From IMG/VR virus record IMGVR_UViG_3300044498_000050: a stretch of DNA of 42,729 nucleotides. One strand, written 5' to 3'. The DNA comes from a virus. Made by a program: the position numbers and the translations under genes. Under the pieces are notes generated by a model that ran no database searches, had not been told where the DNA came from, and saw only the letters and a program-made list of their open reading frames with translations. This document shows, one piece after another, positions 27,359 to 35,529 of the stretch (the stretch's first letter is position 1; each line of letters begins with the position of its first letter).

Positions 27359-28330
27359 TCAAGCGCTGATCAGGCGACCTTGGAACTGAGCACCGGAACA
27401 GGTGAGGTTGCCACCCCAGGCCAAGATTGACACCTCGGCGTCCTGGTTCACGGCGTAGCGCTTGTTGGGGTCGAGCGACACCATGTCACGCTGACTGTGC
27501 GGGCGCAGGAAGATGAACTTGGTGTTCAGGAAGAACGCCGTCTTCGCAGGGCAGAAGCCGCCGATGCCGCCGTCCAGGACCACGTCGGCGTCCATGAACT
27601 TCAGCGACGGGAACCCCAGATTGCCGACCTCGGGCGATGCAAAGCGCTGTTGCGCCTGCAGGCTCGCCATGTACGTCTGCCACATGAAGTTGTCCACGGC
27701 GATCAGGTCGGGACGGTCGGTGCCGCGCACCAGGGACGCCCACAAGCCGTTCCAGGCCGCCTGGATGGTAGACGCCGTCAGTGCCACGCCGGCAGGCACG
27801 ATCTGGGAGCGCCAGAAGGCCCAGGCCACGTTCGAACGATCGATCCCGCCATAGGTGCCCGTGGTCGGGTCCACCGGCACGGCGGCGCCCAGGCCCGTCA
27901 GCGACTTGCCGGCGAAGGTCGTTCCATTGCCGTAGACGCCCTCGGCCATGAGGTTCGCCATGGTGGATTCCGCCACCGTGATGCGGGCCTCCAGCAGATC
28001 GATCATCTGCTCCTTGCCGGCGTTCTGGATGGTCTCCAGGCCACTCATGGTCACCGGGCAGGCCAACTGCTTGATGGTGAACTCGGCAGCGCTGATCACG
28101 TCCGACGCAGCGACCGGCAACAGGTCGTACCCGCTGTACCAGCCACCGTTGGAGTTCTGAGCGAAGCTCAGTTCCTGGTAGATGACGTTGCCGCCGCTGA
28201 ACGTCTTGCGGTTGCCGCGCTGGTCCAGCCGCATGTACAGGGCGTTGTTCTTGGTCACGTTGTCCGCGATCTTGCGGGTGCGCGACTGGATCGTCGTGGC
28301 GACGATGTCACTTACGTTGGGGAATGCCAT
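27359..28330 (-). CDS. major capsid protein candidate (323 aa)
   Basis: Follows the scaffold gene. Strong GGAGG RBS. Size and order (portal-scaffold-capsid) fit a capsid protein. The N-terminus MAFPNVSDIVATTIQSRTRKIADNVTKNNAL resembles podovirus capsid proteins as I recall them. Confidence 0.6.
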   Translation of the reverse strand: MAFPNVSDIVATTIQSRTRKIADNVTKNNALYMRLDQRGNRKTFSGGNVIYQELSFAQNSNGGWYSGYDLLPVAASDVISAAEFTIKQLACPVTMSGLETIQNAGKEQMIDLLEARITVAESTMANLMAEGVYGNGTTFAGKSLTGLGAAVPVDPTTGTYGGIDRSNVAWAFWRSQIVPAGVALTASTIQAAWNGLWASLVRGTDRPDLIAVDNFMWQTYMASLQAQQRFASPEVGNLGFPSLKFMDADVVLDGGIGGFCPAKTAFFLNTKFIFLRPHSQRDMVSLDPNKRYAVNQDAEVSILAWGGNLTCSGAQFQGRLISA

Positions 28331-28460
28331 TACAGCCTCCAGATGAGTTAAGCCTGCGTTTACACGCTACCATTCCATCCGGGCCTTCGATGGCCGATCC
28401 CGGGGGGCGTCGATGGCCGCTGCAGCGGTTCTACTTCCCCCAAGGCGGTTCTACTGCGCC

Positions 28461-29561
28461 TCAGACCCGCGAATGCGCTTCGATGGCCGCCTCGATAGAG
28501 TCTCGTATCGATGACGGTTCTGACGCAGTCGGGTTGCCAACCGGTGCAACCCCCCTGACGCTTACGGCTGCGGCACGTGCCCGCTGGGCCTTCTGCGTCA
28601 GTTGCTGGGCGTTTGCACCCTGCTGCCGCGCCATTATGACCTTCGACACCTCCGGGTGCAAAGCGCAAGCACGGTCGTAGACATCCTGCAATGGGAGATT
28701 CATGCCTTGCTTGTCGGCCACTTCGATGATGTCGGCCATCAAGACCCGCACGTCCTCCATGAACTCGTGCTTCGGATCCTGGGCGAAGGAGACAAGCTCG
28801 GTGCGCGCTTCCTCCTGGGTACGCTGCGCCTCGTAGTACTGCCGCTGCTGCGCCTGCTGCATCAGGGGCGCCAGGGCACGCTGCACCTCGGCCTGGACGT
28901 TGACCTGGGGTTGTCCCTGAGGGATGGCACCCACCAGGGCGGCATCGAGCGCCTCGATGTCCACGGCATAGGCTTTGACGCACTGGGCGATCACCTGGGC
29001 CTTCTCCAGGGGCGTGCCGAAGCGTAGGGTTGTCCCTACCTGCATCAGGTTGCCGATGGCCGTGATCGGATCCACGCCCTCGGCCTGGATGGTCATCCGG
29101 TACGGCTCGATGGCCCGCATGAACTGCTCGCCAGCGTTGCGCATGGGAGCGGTGTCGTTGGCCCAGCGCTGCATCTGCTGCTCGCGCTGGTGGATGAACT
29201 CCTGCACCGGTTGTGGCAGCTTGCCCCAGTGCTCGCGCACCGACGGCCCCCAGCCGGCCGGGGCCTGGACAGCGGGTGCCGCCGCTGGAGTAGTCGGGGT
29301 GACCAGCCCCGGCCCGCCGGGGGCGGGAGACGTTGGCGCCCCCGGCGTTGGTGCAGCGGCGGCATCTGGCTTCTTGAGGAACCGGCCCAGGCTGTCGCGC
29401 TCGCCTTTGGCCTTGGCCTCGGTCGGCTCGGGGGCCGGCGGGACCGGAGTGTCAACCGGTTTGTCAACCGGCGGCGGCGGCGCGGGCGGCACCTCGGTGC
29501 CGGTGTCCTCGCCTATAGCTGACTCAAGATCGGCTCGCAGATCGTCGTCTTCGGGGCCCAT
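28461..29561 (-). CDS. scaffolding protein candidate (366 aa)
   Basis: Acidic/Pro-rich N-terminus followed by long helical Q/A/E/R-rich segments. Lies between portal and capsid. AAGGAGAA RBS. Confidence 0.55.
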   Translation of the reverse strand: MGPEDDDLRADLESAIGEDTGTEVPPAPPPPVDKPVDTPVPPAPEPTEAKAKGERDSLGRFLKKPDAAAAPTPGAPTSPAPGGPGLVTPTTPAAAPAVQAPAGWGPSVREHWGKLPQPVQEFIHQREQQMQRWANDTAPMRNAGEQFMRAIEPYRMTIQAEGVDPITAIGNLMQVGTTLRFGTPLEKAQVIAQCVKAYAVDIEALDAALVGAIPQGQPQVNVQAEVQRALAPLMQQAQQRQYYEAQRTQEEARTELVSFAQDPKHEFMEDVRVLMADIIEVADKQGMNLPLQDVYDRACALHPEVSKVIMARQQGANAQQLTQKAQRARAAAVSVRGVAPVGNPTASEPSSIRDSIEAAIEAHSRV

Positions 29562-29593
29562 GGATTCTCCTTGTGAGGCGCTTAAACCGAGCG

Positions 29594-29989
29594 TCAGCGG
29601 TCACCCAGGTCGGCAATGACCTGGGCAATATCGTTACGCGTAATTGCACCGTGGCCCTCGCCCCGGCGGTACTCGTCGCGCTTCTTCTGGGCCTGCGCCC
29701 AGGTGTCCTTGAAGTCGTCGATGGTCGTCAGGTTGTGGCGCTTCATGTACTCGCGGTGCTTGGTGCGCGTGGAGATGTCCGTGCCGTCGGTGGCCCGCAG
29801 GCCCTCGTAGTGCCGGTCCCCGGCCAATGCGTTGTTCAGTGCAGCGCCCGTATTGCCGGGTGTGAACCATCGCTCGACCGTCTGGCCGCAGCACACGAAT
29901 GGCCGGGGATTGAAGCAGTGCTCGCGGATCGTGCGGTACACGCTGTACTCGCGCTCGCACTCCTGGCACCTGAAGTCGTAGGTAGGCAT
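29594..29989 (-). CDS. FmdB-type zinc-ribbon protein (131 aa)
   Basis: MPTYDFRCQECEREYSV...FVCCGQTVERWF gives a CxxC...CC knuckle pair like the FmdB/CxxC_CxxC_SSSS family. In frame with the 3' end of track ORF 29594..30715. Starts 2 nt after the portal stop. Confidence 0.6.
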   Translation of the reverse strand: MPTYDFRCQECEREYSVYRTIREHCFNPRPFVCCGQTVERWFTPGNTGAALNNALAGDRHYEGLRATDGTDISTRTKHREYMKRHNLTTIDDFKDTWAQAQKKRDEYRRGEGHGAITRNDIAQVIADLGDR

Positions 29990-29991
29990 GG

Positions 29992-32145
29992 TTAACCCTG
30001 TGGCGGCATCTCGGGCGGCGGCTGCATCGGCGGATTGCCAGGAGGCGGCGGAAGGCCCCCGGGAGGCCCTCCAGGCCCCGGAGGGCCGCCCGGGGGCCCT
30101 GCGGCTCCTGGCGGGCCGCCTGGGCCCCCTGGCGGGGGCATCTCGGGCGGAGGCTCGGGCGGGATGGCCGGCTGGACACCCATCTGCTGCGCCGCCGCCA
30201 GATCCAGGCCAGCGCTGACCCTCTTCTCCAGCGCTGTGGCGCGCGACTGGTCGGCGCTTGCCTTGTCCTTCTCGACCTTCGCCTCCTGCTCGGGGTCGGG
30301 CTTGGCCGGCGGCGGCTGGCTTGCGGCCAGGATGGCCTGATCGAGCACGGTCTCGATCTCCTTGGAGACCCTGAAGCCGCCCAGGCCCCACTTCATCATC
30401 TGCAGCAGCACCGGCACGGCCGTCGGCATGGTCTGCATCATGGTGCCGGTGTCGGACAGGAAGCCGCCGACGGCTTCCATGAACTGGGTGCGGCTGTCGC
30501 GCTCCTGCGCCCAGTCCACCATCGCCATGGTCTCGCTCTCGACCGTGATGCGGTACTTCTTGCTCTCGGCGCCGCTCTTGAGGTACTCCACGGCCTGCTG
30601 GGCCATGGGTGCGTCCTCGGACAGCATGATGTTTGAACGCTCGATGATGGTCTCGGCCTGGAAGTGGTAGCAGAAGATCTGGCTCCTGATGCGCTGGCCG
30701 GCGGCCACCCAGCACCCGATCTGCTGCTGCTTGAACTGCAGGCGGTTGCCACCGAACTGCGCTTTAAGCTGCTGCGCCCCGAGGGTCTCGTCGGGGTTCG
30801 TCATGCCACGCATGATGTCCCCGATCCCGAGCACCTCGTAGAGCGTGCCCTTGTGGGACTCGCGCTCCGCCGTCAAGCGCTCGATCACGCCGGCCACCAC
30901 GTCGATGGGCACGAAGTCGATGGACCCCTTGATGCCGCCCTTCTCCGCGAAGGCGGCCCAGTTGTCCACCGGGATCATCTGGTTCTCCAGGCCCTCGCTG
31001 AAGATGCGCCCGAGCGGCGTGCTGGTCTTGTCGTAGGCGCCGACCACCTTGCAGGCGCGGATGAGGTACTTCAGGCGCGTGGATAGCTCATCGATCTGGC
31101 TGTACTGGTCCTGGGCCATCAGGTAGTCGGCCCGGGGCATCAATTTGGACGTGGTGGTGTTGGCGATCAGCGGCTGCGGGCACGGGAAGAAGCCCCGGAG
31201 CTTCATCGGGTCTTCCTTGTGGTCGCAGATCAGGTTGTAGCCCATGACGTGCCAGTAGGCGCACTTGGTCGTCTTGTCCCAGATCTCAAAGACGCCCGCC
31301 TTCTCCCACGGGTCGTTCTGCGGCGAGATGTTGTCGCCACGGGCCTTCTGCTTGCTGATCGGCACGTCCTTGCCGATCTTGTCCCCGAAGCGCGCTATCA
31401 ACTCCTCGCGGTTCATGTACACGCGCCGCGCCACCCAGCGCACGTCCTGCCAGACCCTGGCCGGCGACCACCAGAAGTCTTCCCAGTAGACGTAGTCGGC
31501 CGGCGCGTCCTCGTGCGTGACGGCCTCGTACTCCACGGGCTCGGCCAGGACCACCTGGGACTCGGGATCGATCACGGGCTCGGTGCTGGTCTTCTCGGTC
31601 TCGACCTCGTAGCGGTACCAGACCTGTCCCAGGCCGACGATCAGGTAGTCGCCTACCGCCTGCCGCGTGATCTCCGGGTAGGTGCTCTCGTCGTCTTCTT
31701 CCACGTCGTTGTTGAGCATCCTCTGGAGGATGTTGCCCGCCACGCGTGCCACGTCGTCGTTGCTGTCCTTGTACGCGTTGCTGACATCGACCTTCGGCGG
31801 CTTCGCATACAGGCTCGACTTCAGCACCTCGGTGTTGGACCAGAACAGGTTGATCTTGCTGTCCGCGTTGTCGAGCGCAGCGCTGTCGCGCTCGTCCAGG
31901 TAGCGATGCACGAGGCGCCTGCCTTGCGTATGGAACTTGCTGAGTTCCTTCTTGGCGGCCTGGAGTTCCTTCTCCCACACCTCGGCCAGCTTGGTGGGAT
32001 CCTTCTTGGCCTCCTTGGCCTGCTTGTCAGGAAGCTGCTTGCCGGCCTCGACCTTGGACTTGGGGCTGCCCCCTTGCTTGGCGTAGCCTTGGGATTCGTC
32101 ACCAGGAACTGGAGGTTGGCCTGGAACCGGAGGTTGCATGGGCAT
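29992..32145 (-). CDS. portal protein candidate (717 aa) with Pro/Gly-rich C-terminal tail
   Basis: Directly downstream of terL (TGATG overlap), with a size typical of a portal. The last ~70 aa are PPEPPPEMPPPGGPGGPPGAAGPPGGPPGPGGPPGG... Confidence 0.65.
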   Translation of the reverse strand: MPMQPPVPGQPPVPGDESQGYAKQGGSPKSKVEAGKQLPDKQAKEAKKDPTKLAEVWEKELQAAKKELSKFHTQGRRLVHRYLDERDSAALDNADSKINLFWSNTEVLKSSLYAKPPKVDVSNAYKDSNDDVARVAGNILQRMLNNDVEEDDESTYPEITRQAVGDYLIVGLGQVWYRYEVETEKTSTEPVIDPESQVVLAEPVEYEAVTHEDAPADYVYWEDFWWSPARVWQDVRWVARRVYMNREELIARFGDKIGKDVPISKQKARGDNISPQNDPWEKAGVFEIWDKTTKCAYWHVMGYNLICDHKEDPMKLRGFFPCPQPLIANTTTSKLMPRADYLMAQDQYSQIDELSTRLKYLIRACKVVGAYDKTSTPLGRIFSEGLENQMIPVDNWAAFAEKGGIKGSIDFVPIDVVAGVIERLTAERESHKGTLYEVLGIGDIMRGMTNPDETLGAQQLKAQFGGNRLQFKQQQIGCWVAAGQRIRSQIFCYHFQAETIIERSNIMLSEDAPMAQQAVEYLKSGAESKKYRITVESETMAMVDWAQERDSRTQFMEAVGGFLSDTGTMMQTMPTAVPVLLQMMKWGLGGFRVSKEIETVLDQAILAASQPPPAKPDPEQEAKVEKDKASADQSRATALEKRVSAGLDLAAAQQMGVQPAIPPEPPPEMPPPGGPGGPPGAAGPPGGPPGPGGPPGGLPPPPGNPPMQPPPEMPPQG

Positions 32146-33509
32146 CAGATCCTCCCGTTGCGCTGGTTATGCGGATTGACCGTGGCGTGGAGCATGTCGA
32201 GCGTGAACGTGTGGCTCAACGGCGGGATTATGGGCTCCTGCCGTGCCGGTGCCGGCGGATCGAGCACGTTGAGCCTCGCCGCCCCCTCCATGTACGCGTC
32301 AGCCGGGTGGCTGGCCCAGTTGTGCTCTGGCTCCGACGAGAACGTCTTGGTCTCCTCGTCGTACTTGTAGGCATAGGCCCGCATCGCCATCAGGAACGGC
32401 TCGCAGACCGGCGCGTTGCTGATGCGCACCCGCCGCAGCATCAAGCGCCCCGCGTTCACAGAGTCAGACTTGCGCCTTTGCTCGTTTACACGAACTTCGC
32501 ACTTGTCCCAGGGAGGCTGGCGGAGGAAGGTCTCGACGCTGGAGCGCTTGGACTGGAACGTCTTGACGCGTGCGTCGTGGGGCAGCACGAGCACGTCGGC
32601 GCGGGGTTGCTTGCTGAGGCGGGCGGCCCACTCCTCGGCGTCCATGCCTGACCCATCGTCGTAGTGGAAGATCTCGTAGCCGCCCTTCAGCCGGCGCCAC
32701 CACACGAAGGCTGCCTTGTCGCGGTAGCCGATGTCGCTTGTGACCCAGACCTCGCCTTCCTGGGAGTTGTCGATGGGACAGATCCGCCCTTCCTTCTCCA
32801 TCTGCTCGATGTAGCGCCCGAAGATGGCGCCCACATTGGCGGCGGAGAAGTCGCAGTCGTACTCCTGGCGATAGAGTTCATCGGGCATCTCCGCGCGCTC
32901 GTCGTTGAGCACGGATTCAGGTATGTGCTGGGTGTCCTTGACGGTCAGGTGGGAGTGGAACCACGCCGGGTTCTTCTTCGCCAACTGCATGATGTCGTGG
33001 AAGTGGTTGTAACCCCGGGGTGTGCTGATGAAGGCTGCCCAGCCTCCGTTGCCGGCAAGGATCGGGCGGAATATGGACCACGCCCGGGGATCCGAGAGGG
33101 CGGACTCACTCATCACGAGGCCGAAGGGGTTGGCGCCGACGATGCTGTCGTAGTAGTCCGAGCCCACAAGCTGCCAGATCGCGCCGTTCTTCAGCGTGAT
33201 CTTCATCTCTGTCCTGTTCGTGTCCTGCCGGATGCTCTGGGGCATCGCGGTATCGATGATCTTCTGGCCGTTGTTATCGAAGCCGTCCCAGATGACCTTC
33301 CTGGCCTGCTTGTGGTTGGGCAGCATGTGGAAGTACATGCCTGGGCGTTCAAACATCATCTTGACGGTCTGGTGGACCATCGTCAGATCCTTGCCGTAGC
33401 GCCTCGGCCAGCAGGCGGCCGCCCTCAGGCCGCCGTGGTCGAAGTAGCGCATCAACTCCTTCTGCGGCGGCCTGGGCGTGAACCCGTTGGGCAGGATCAG
33501 GTCGGTCAT
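32145..33509 (-). CDS. terL: terminase large subunit
   Basis: N-terminal ATPase-like CWPRRYGKDLT (Walker A-like) and GLVMSESA (Walker B-like). Size 454 aa, immediately upstream of the portal. I prefer the MTDLILP start at 33509 because it forms ATGA with the upstream stop. Confidence 0.75.
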   Translation of the reverse strand: MTDLILPNGFTPRPPQKELMRYFDHGGLRAAACWPRRYGKDLTMVHQTVKMMFERPGMYFHMLPNHKQARKVIWDGFDNNGQKIIDTAMPQSIRQDTNRTEMKITLKNGAIWQLVGSDYYDSIVGANPFGLVMSESALSDPRAWSIFRPILAGNGGWAAFISTPRGYNHFHDIMQLAKKNPAWFHSHLTVKDTQHIPESVLNDERAEMPDELYRQEYDCDFSAANVGAIFGRYIEQMEKEGRICPIDNSQEGEVWVTSDIGYRDKAAFVWWRRLKGGYEIFHYDDGSGMDAEEWAARLSKQPRADVLVLPHDARVKTFQSKRSSVETFLRQPPWDKCEVRVNEQRRKSDSVNAGRLMLRRVRISNAPVCEPFLMAMRAYAYKYDEETKTFSSEPEHNWASHPADAYMEGAARLNVLDPPAPARQEPIIPPLSHTFTLDMLHATVNPHNQRNGRI

Positions 33510-33616
33510 ATGAACAGGCCGCCCAGCCACCATGCCAAGTGGACACCCAGCCAGACGGCCGCCAAACCGGTGATCACGTACATGATCACCTGGAACCAGA
33601 CGGGCGGCTCCTTCAT
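33506..33616 (-). CDS. 36-aa membrane peptide
   Basis: MKEPPVWFQVIMYVITGLAAVWLGVHLAWWLGGLFI. The ATG overlaps the upstream TGA by 1 nt and its own stop overlaps the terL ATG. Confidence 0.45.
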   Translation of the reverse strand: MKEPPVWFQVIMYVITGLAAVWLGVHLAWWLGGLFI

Positions 33617-33852
33617 CAGTACGCCCTCGCGCACTCCTGACGCCAGTGGTGCCGGTCCACGTAGCCGTTGCTGTACCTGCAGTACCGCACGCCGCGCTCG
33701 ACCCACTCGCGGGTCAGGTGGACGCGGCTGCGGTGCTCTGGCCGCACGTCGATGTCGATGGCCGGGATGGTGACGGTGACATCCCCATCCGGGGTGGTGA
33801 CGGCGCAGCCGGCGATGATGCCGATAGCGGCAATGGCGAGGAAGGTCTTCAT
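33616..33852 (-). CDS. lipoprotein (78 aa)
   Basis: MKTFLAIAAIGIIAGC has a lipobox (IAG-C). ATGA overlap with the upstream gene. The mature part has 2 further Cys. Confidence 0.55.
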   Translation of the reverse strand: MKTFLAIAAIGIIAGCAVTTPDGDVTVTIPAIDIDVRPEHRSRVHLTREWVERGVRYCRYSNGYVDRHHWRQECARAY

Positions 33853-34100
33853 TGCGGCCTCCGGGGCGGGAATGCGGGCTGGTACACACCAGGGAACAGG
33901 CGGTAGCACACGCGCGGCAGCCGCACGTCGCGGTTGCGATCACTGCGGCGGTTCATGATCCGGCAGTAGTCGCGCACGGCCTCGCGTATCTCCGGATCCA
34001 GGTTCCGATCACGTTCGCGCCAGCCGCCTGGGCCGGGTTGAGCGCTTGCGGCAGTCATCGCCGCGCAGGCCGCGAGGGCCAGAAGTAGTTGCTTGATCAT
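33849..34100 (-). CDS. secreted small basic protein (83 aa)
   Basis: Signal peptide MIKQLLLALAACAAMTAASA-Q. Arg-rich mature part with Cys residues. ATGA overlap with the upstream gene. Confidence 0.55.
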   Translation of the reverse strand: MIKQLLLALAACAAMTAASAQPGPGGWRERDRNLDPEIREAVRDYCRIMNRRSDRNRDVRLPRVCYRLFPGVYQPAFPPRRPQ

Positions 34101-34240
34101 GCCCATACCTTCCCGATTACCAATGATGCGACCCAGCACGCGAGGCCGGCGGCCACGAGACTGAAGTTGCCGGCCGGCACGCCCAGGGCGGCCAGGATGA
34201 ACAGCACGAGTGCTGCGATTAGAAGCGCGGTGGTGAGCAT
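34097..34240 (-). CDS. 47-aa two-TMD membrane protein (holin-like topology)
   Basis: MLTTALLIAALVLFILAALGVPAGNFSLVAAGLACWVASLVIGKVWA. GGAGGG RBS 6 nt upstream. Confidence 0.5.
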   Translation of the reverse strand: MLTTALLIAALVLFILAALGVPAGNFSLVAAGLACWVASLVIGKVWA

Positions 34241-34274
34241 GGATGCCCTCCAGGTAATGAATACGTGTAAACGC

Positions 34275-34907
34275 TCAAGCATGATGGACCCATATCGCAG
34301 GCGCGGCCTGCTCGATGACGCCAAGAGCCCGAGCATCGTCGCGGATGAACGGGGCCATGTGCCATGATGGCACATAGATGCGTTTAAACCCCAGGTTCTC
34401 AAGCACGGCGCTGTCGGGCGCGTCGTACTGCAGCGTACGCACGAAGGCCGTGGACGCATCGAACACGTCCAGGACCAGGATGGTGCCGTTGGTGGCCGCC
34501 ATGGCGCGGTCGAGCACCTTCGGCACGTTGCAGTGGCCGAGCACGTAGGCCAGCACGGTGATGTCGAACGGCTTGGCCGCGTCGGGCAGCACGTAGTCGT
34601 GGGCGTCGCACAGGACGCGCAGGCCGCCGGCCTGGACAAGCTCAAGCTGACTCGGGCTGCGGTTGACCAGGGTGAAGCGCAGATCCGGGCGCTCATCCTG
34701 CCAGTACGCCTCCATGCCGGCGACGCCGCAGCCCAGGGAGAGGATCCTGGCCTTGTGGGGCGGCGCCAGCAGATCGAGCACCGCATGCGAGTGCAGGCGC
34801 TCGTCGGTGTCCAACTGCCATAGCTGGAAGACCGTGCGGCCCTGGTCGAGATGCTCGCGTGTCGCCTGCTCGACCTCGACCTCGTCGTCGTAGAGCGGAT
34901 GGGTCAT
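34275..34907 (-). CDS. class I SAM-dependent methyltransferase (substrate unknown)
   Basis: Motif I ARILSLGCGVAG. Downstream FDITVLAYVLGH and GTILVLDVF are typical of the Rossmann-fold MTase core. No DPPY/NPPY or cytosine-5 motifs seen. The MTHPLYDD start forms ATGA with the upstream stop. Confidence 0.65.
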   Translation of the reverse strand: MTHPLYDDEVEVEQATREHLDQGRTVFQLWQLDTDERLHSHAVLDLLAPPHKARILSLGCGVAGMEAYWQDERPDLRFTLVNRSPSQLELVQAGGLRVLCDAHDYVLPDAAKPFDITVLAYVLGHCNVPKVLDRAMAATNGTILVLDVFDASTAFVRTLQYDAPDSAVLENLGFKRIYVPSWHMAPFIRDDARALGVIEQAAPAIWVHHA

Positions 34908-35425
34908 CCGTCGTTCCAGTCGCGCCAACCGCTATCGCCCGGTTGCATGCCCACGCACGCACGCACCTCGGCTTGCAGCTTGAGCATGCGCTGCTGATGC
35001 CGCTCGCCCATGCTGCGGGCATGCGCAGACGCCTGGGCCTGCTTGGCCTCGACCTCGGCCGCGAACATGGCGTGCTGCTCCGCTTCGCGCAGGCGCTTCA
35101 ATGCCGCCGCCAACTCGGCCTCGATCTCGGCATCGTCCAGGCCGACCACCCCTGCGGTACCGCACAGGACGGGCATCACCTTCGCACGCTCCATGTACCC
35201 GGAGTACGAGACCACGGCCTCCAGGCGTCCCGCCTGCAGGTCGCGCTCGCGACCAGCGTGGTCGCTCTTGGTCATGTGGGTGAGGCCGATGTACCTGCGC
35301 CTGGGGGCGCGCTGGCCGCAGGCGTCGGCCGGCATCGGCTCGCCCCACCAGCGGTTGTACTCGCAGGCGAGACCGTTGAAGTCTGGGGATGTTGCAGGGG
35401 GATAACCCATCATGTGGTCGCGCAT
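34904..35425 (-). CDS. hypothetical protein (173 aa) with C-terminal coiled coil
   Basis: Track ORF. First gene downstream of the iteron array. No recognisable motif. Confidence 0.5.
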   Translation of the reverse strand: MRDHMMGYPPATSPDFNGLACEYNRWWGEPMPADACGQRAPRRRYIGLTHMTKSDHAGRERDLQAGRLEAVVSYSGYMERAKVMPVLCGTAGVVGLDDAEIEAELAAALKRLREAEQHAMFAAEVEAKQAQASAHARSMGERHQQRMLKLQAEVRACVGMQPGDSGWRDWNDG

Positions 35426-35529
35426 GGTGCAAGCCTCAGGTTACATGGTCCGGTGGAATGGGTAAAATTTGGATGGGAACGTATGGTACCCAATCCAACA
35501 TGCGCGAGCGGGGATCGAATGCATCAGCC

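Noticed and set aside
19741-30210. The Pro/Gly-rich tracts as collagen-like repeats.
   Set aside because: There is no regular G-X-Y triplet periodicity. The tracts are irregular PG/PPG/GGP runs.
10903-33773. Long plus-strand ORFs antisense to the virion arm, including 10903..12204, 13209..14189, 15824..16903, 17252..18400, 18442..20067, 22551..24239, 31219..32370 and 32664..33773. Equivalent minus-strand ORFs lie opposite the replication genes.
   Set aside because: These are typical stop-codon-poor antisense frames of a GC-rich genome. Their translations are Arg/Gly/Pro/Ala-rich with no motifs and no RBS, and they fully overlap genes that have clear motifs and translational coupling.
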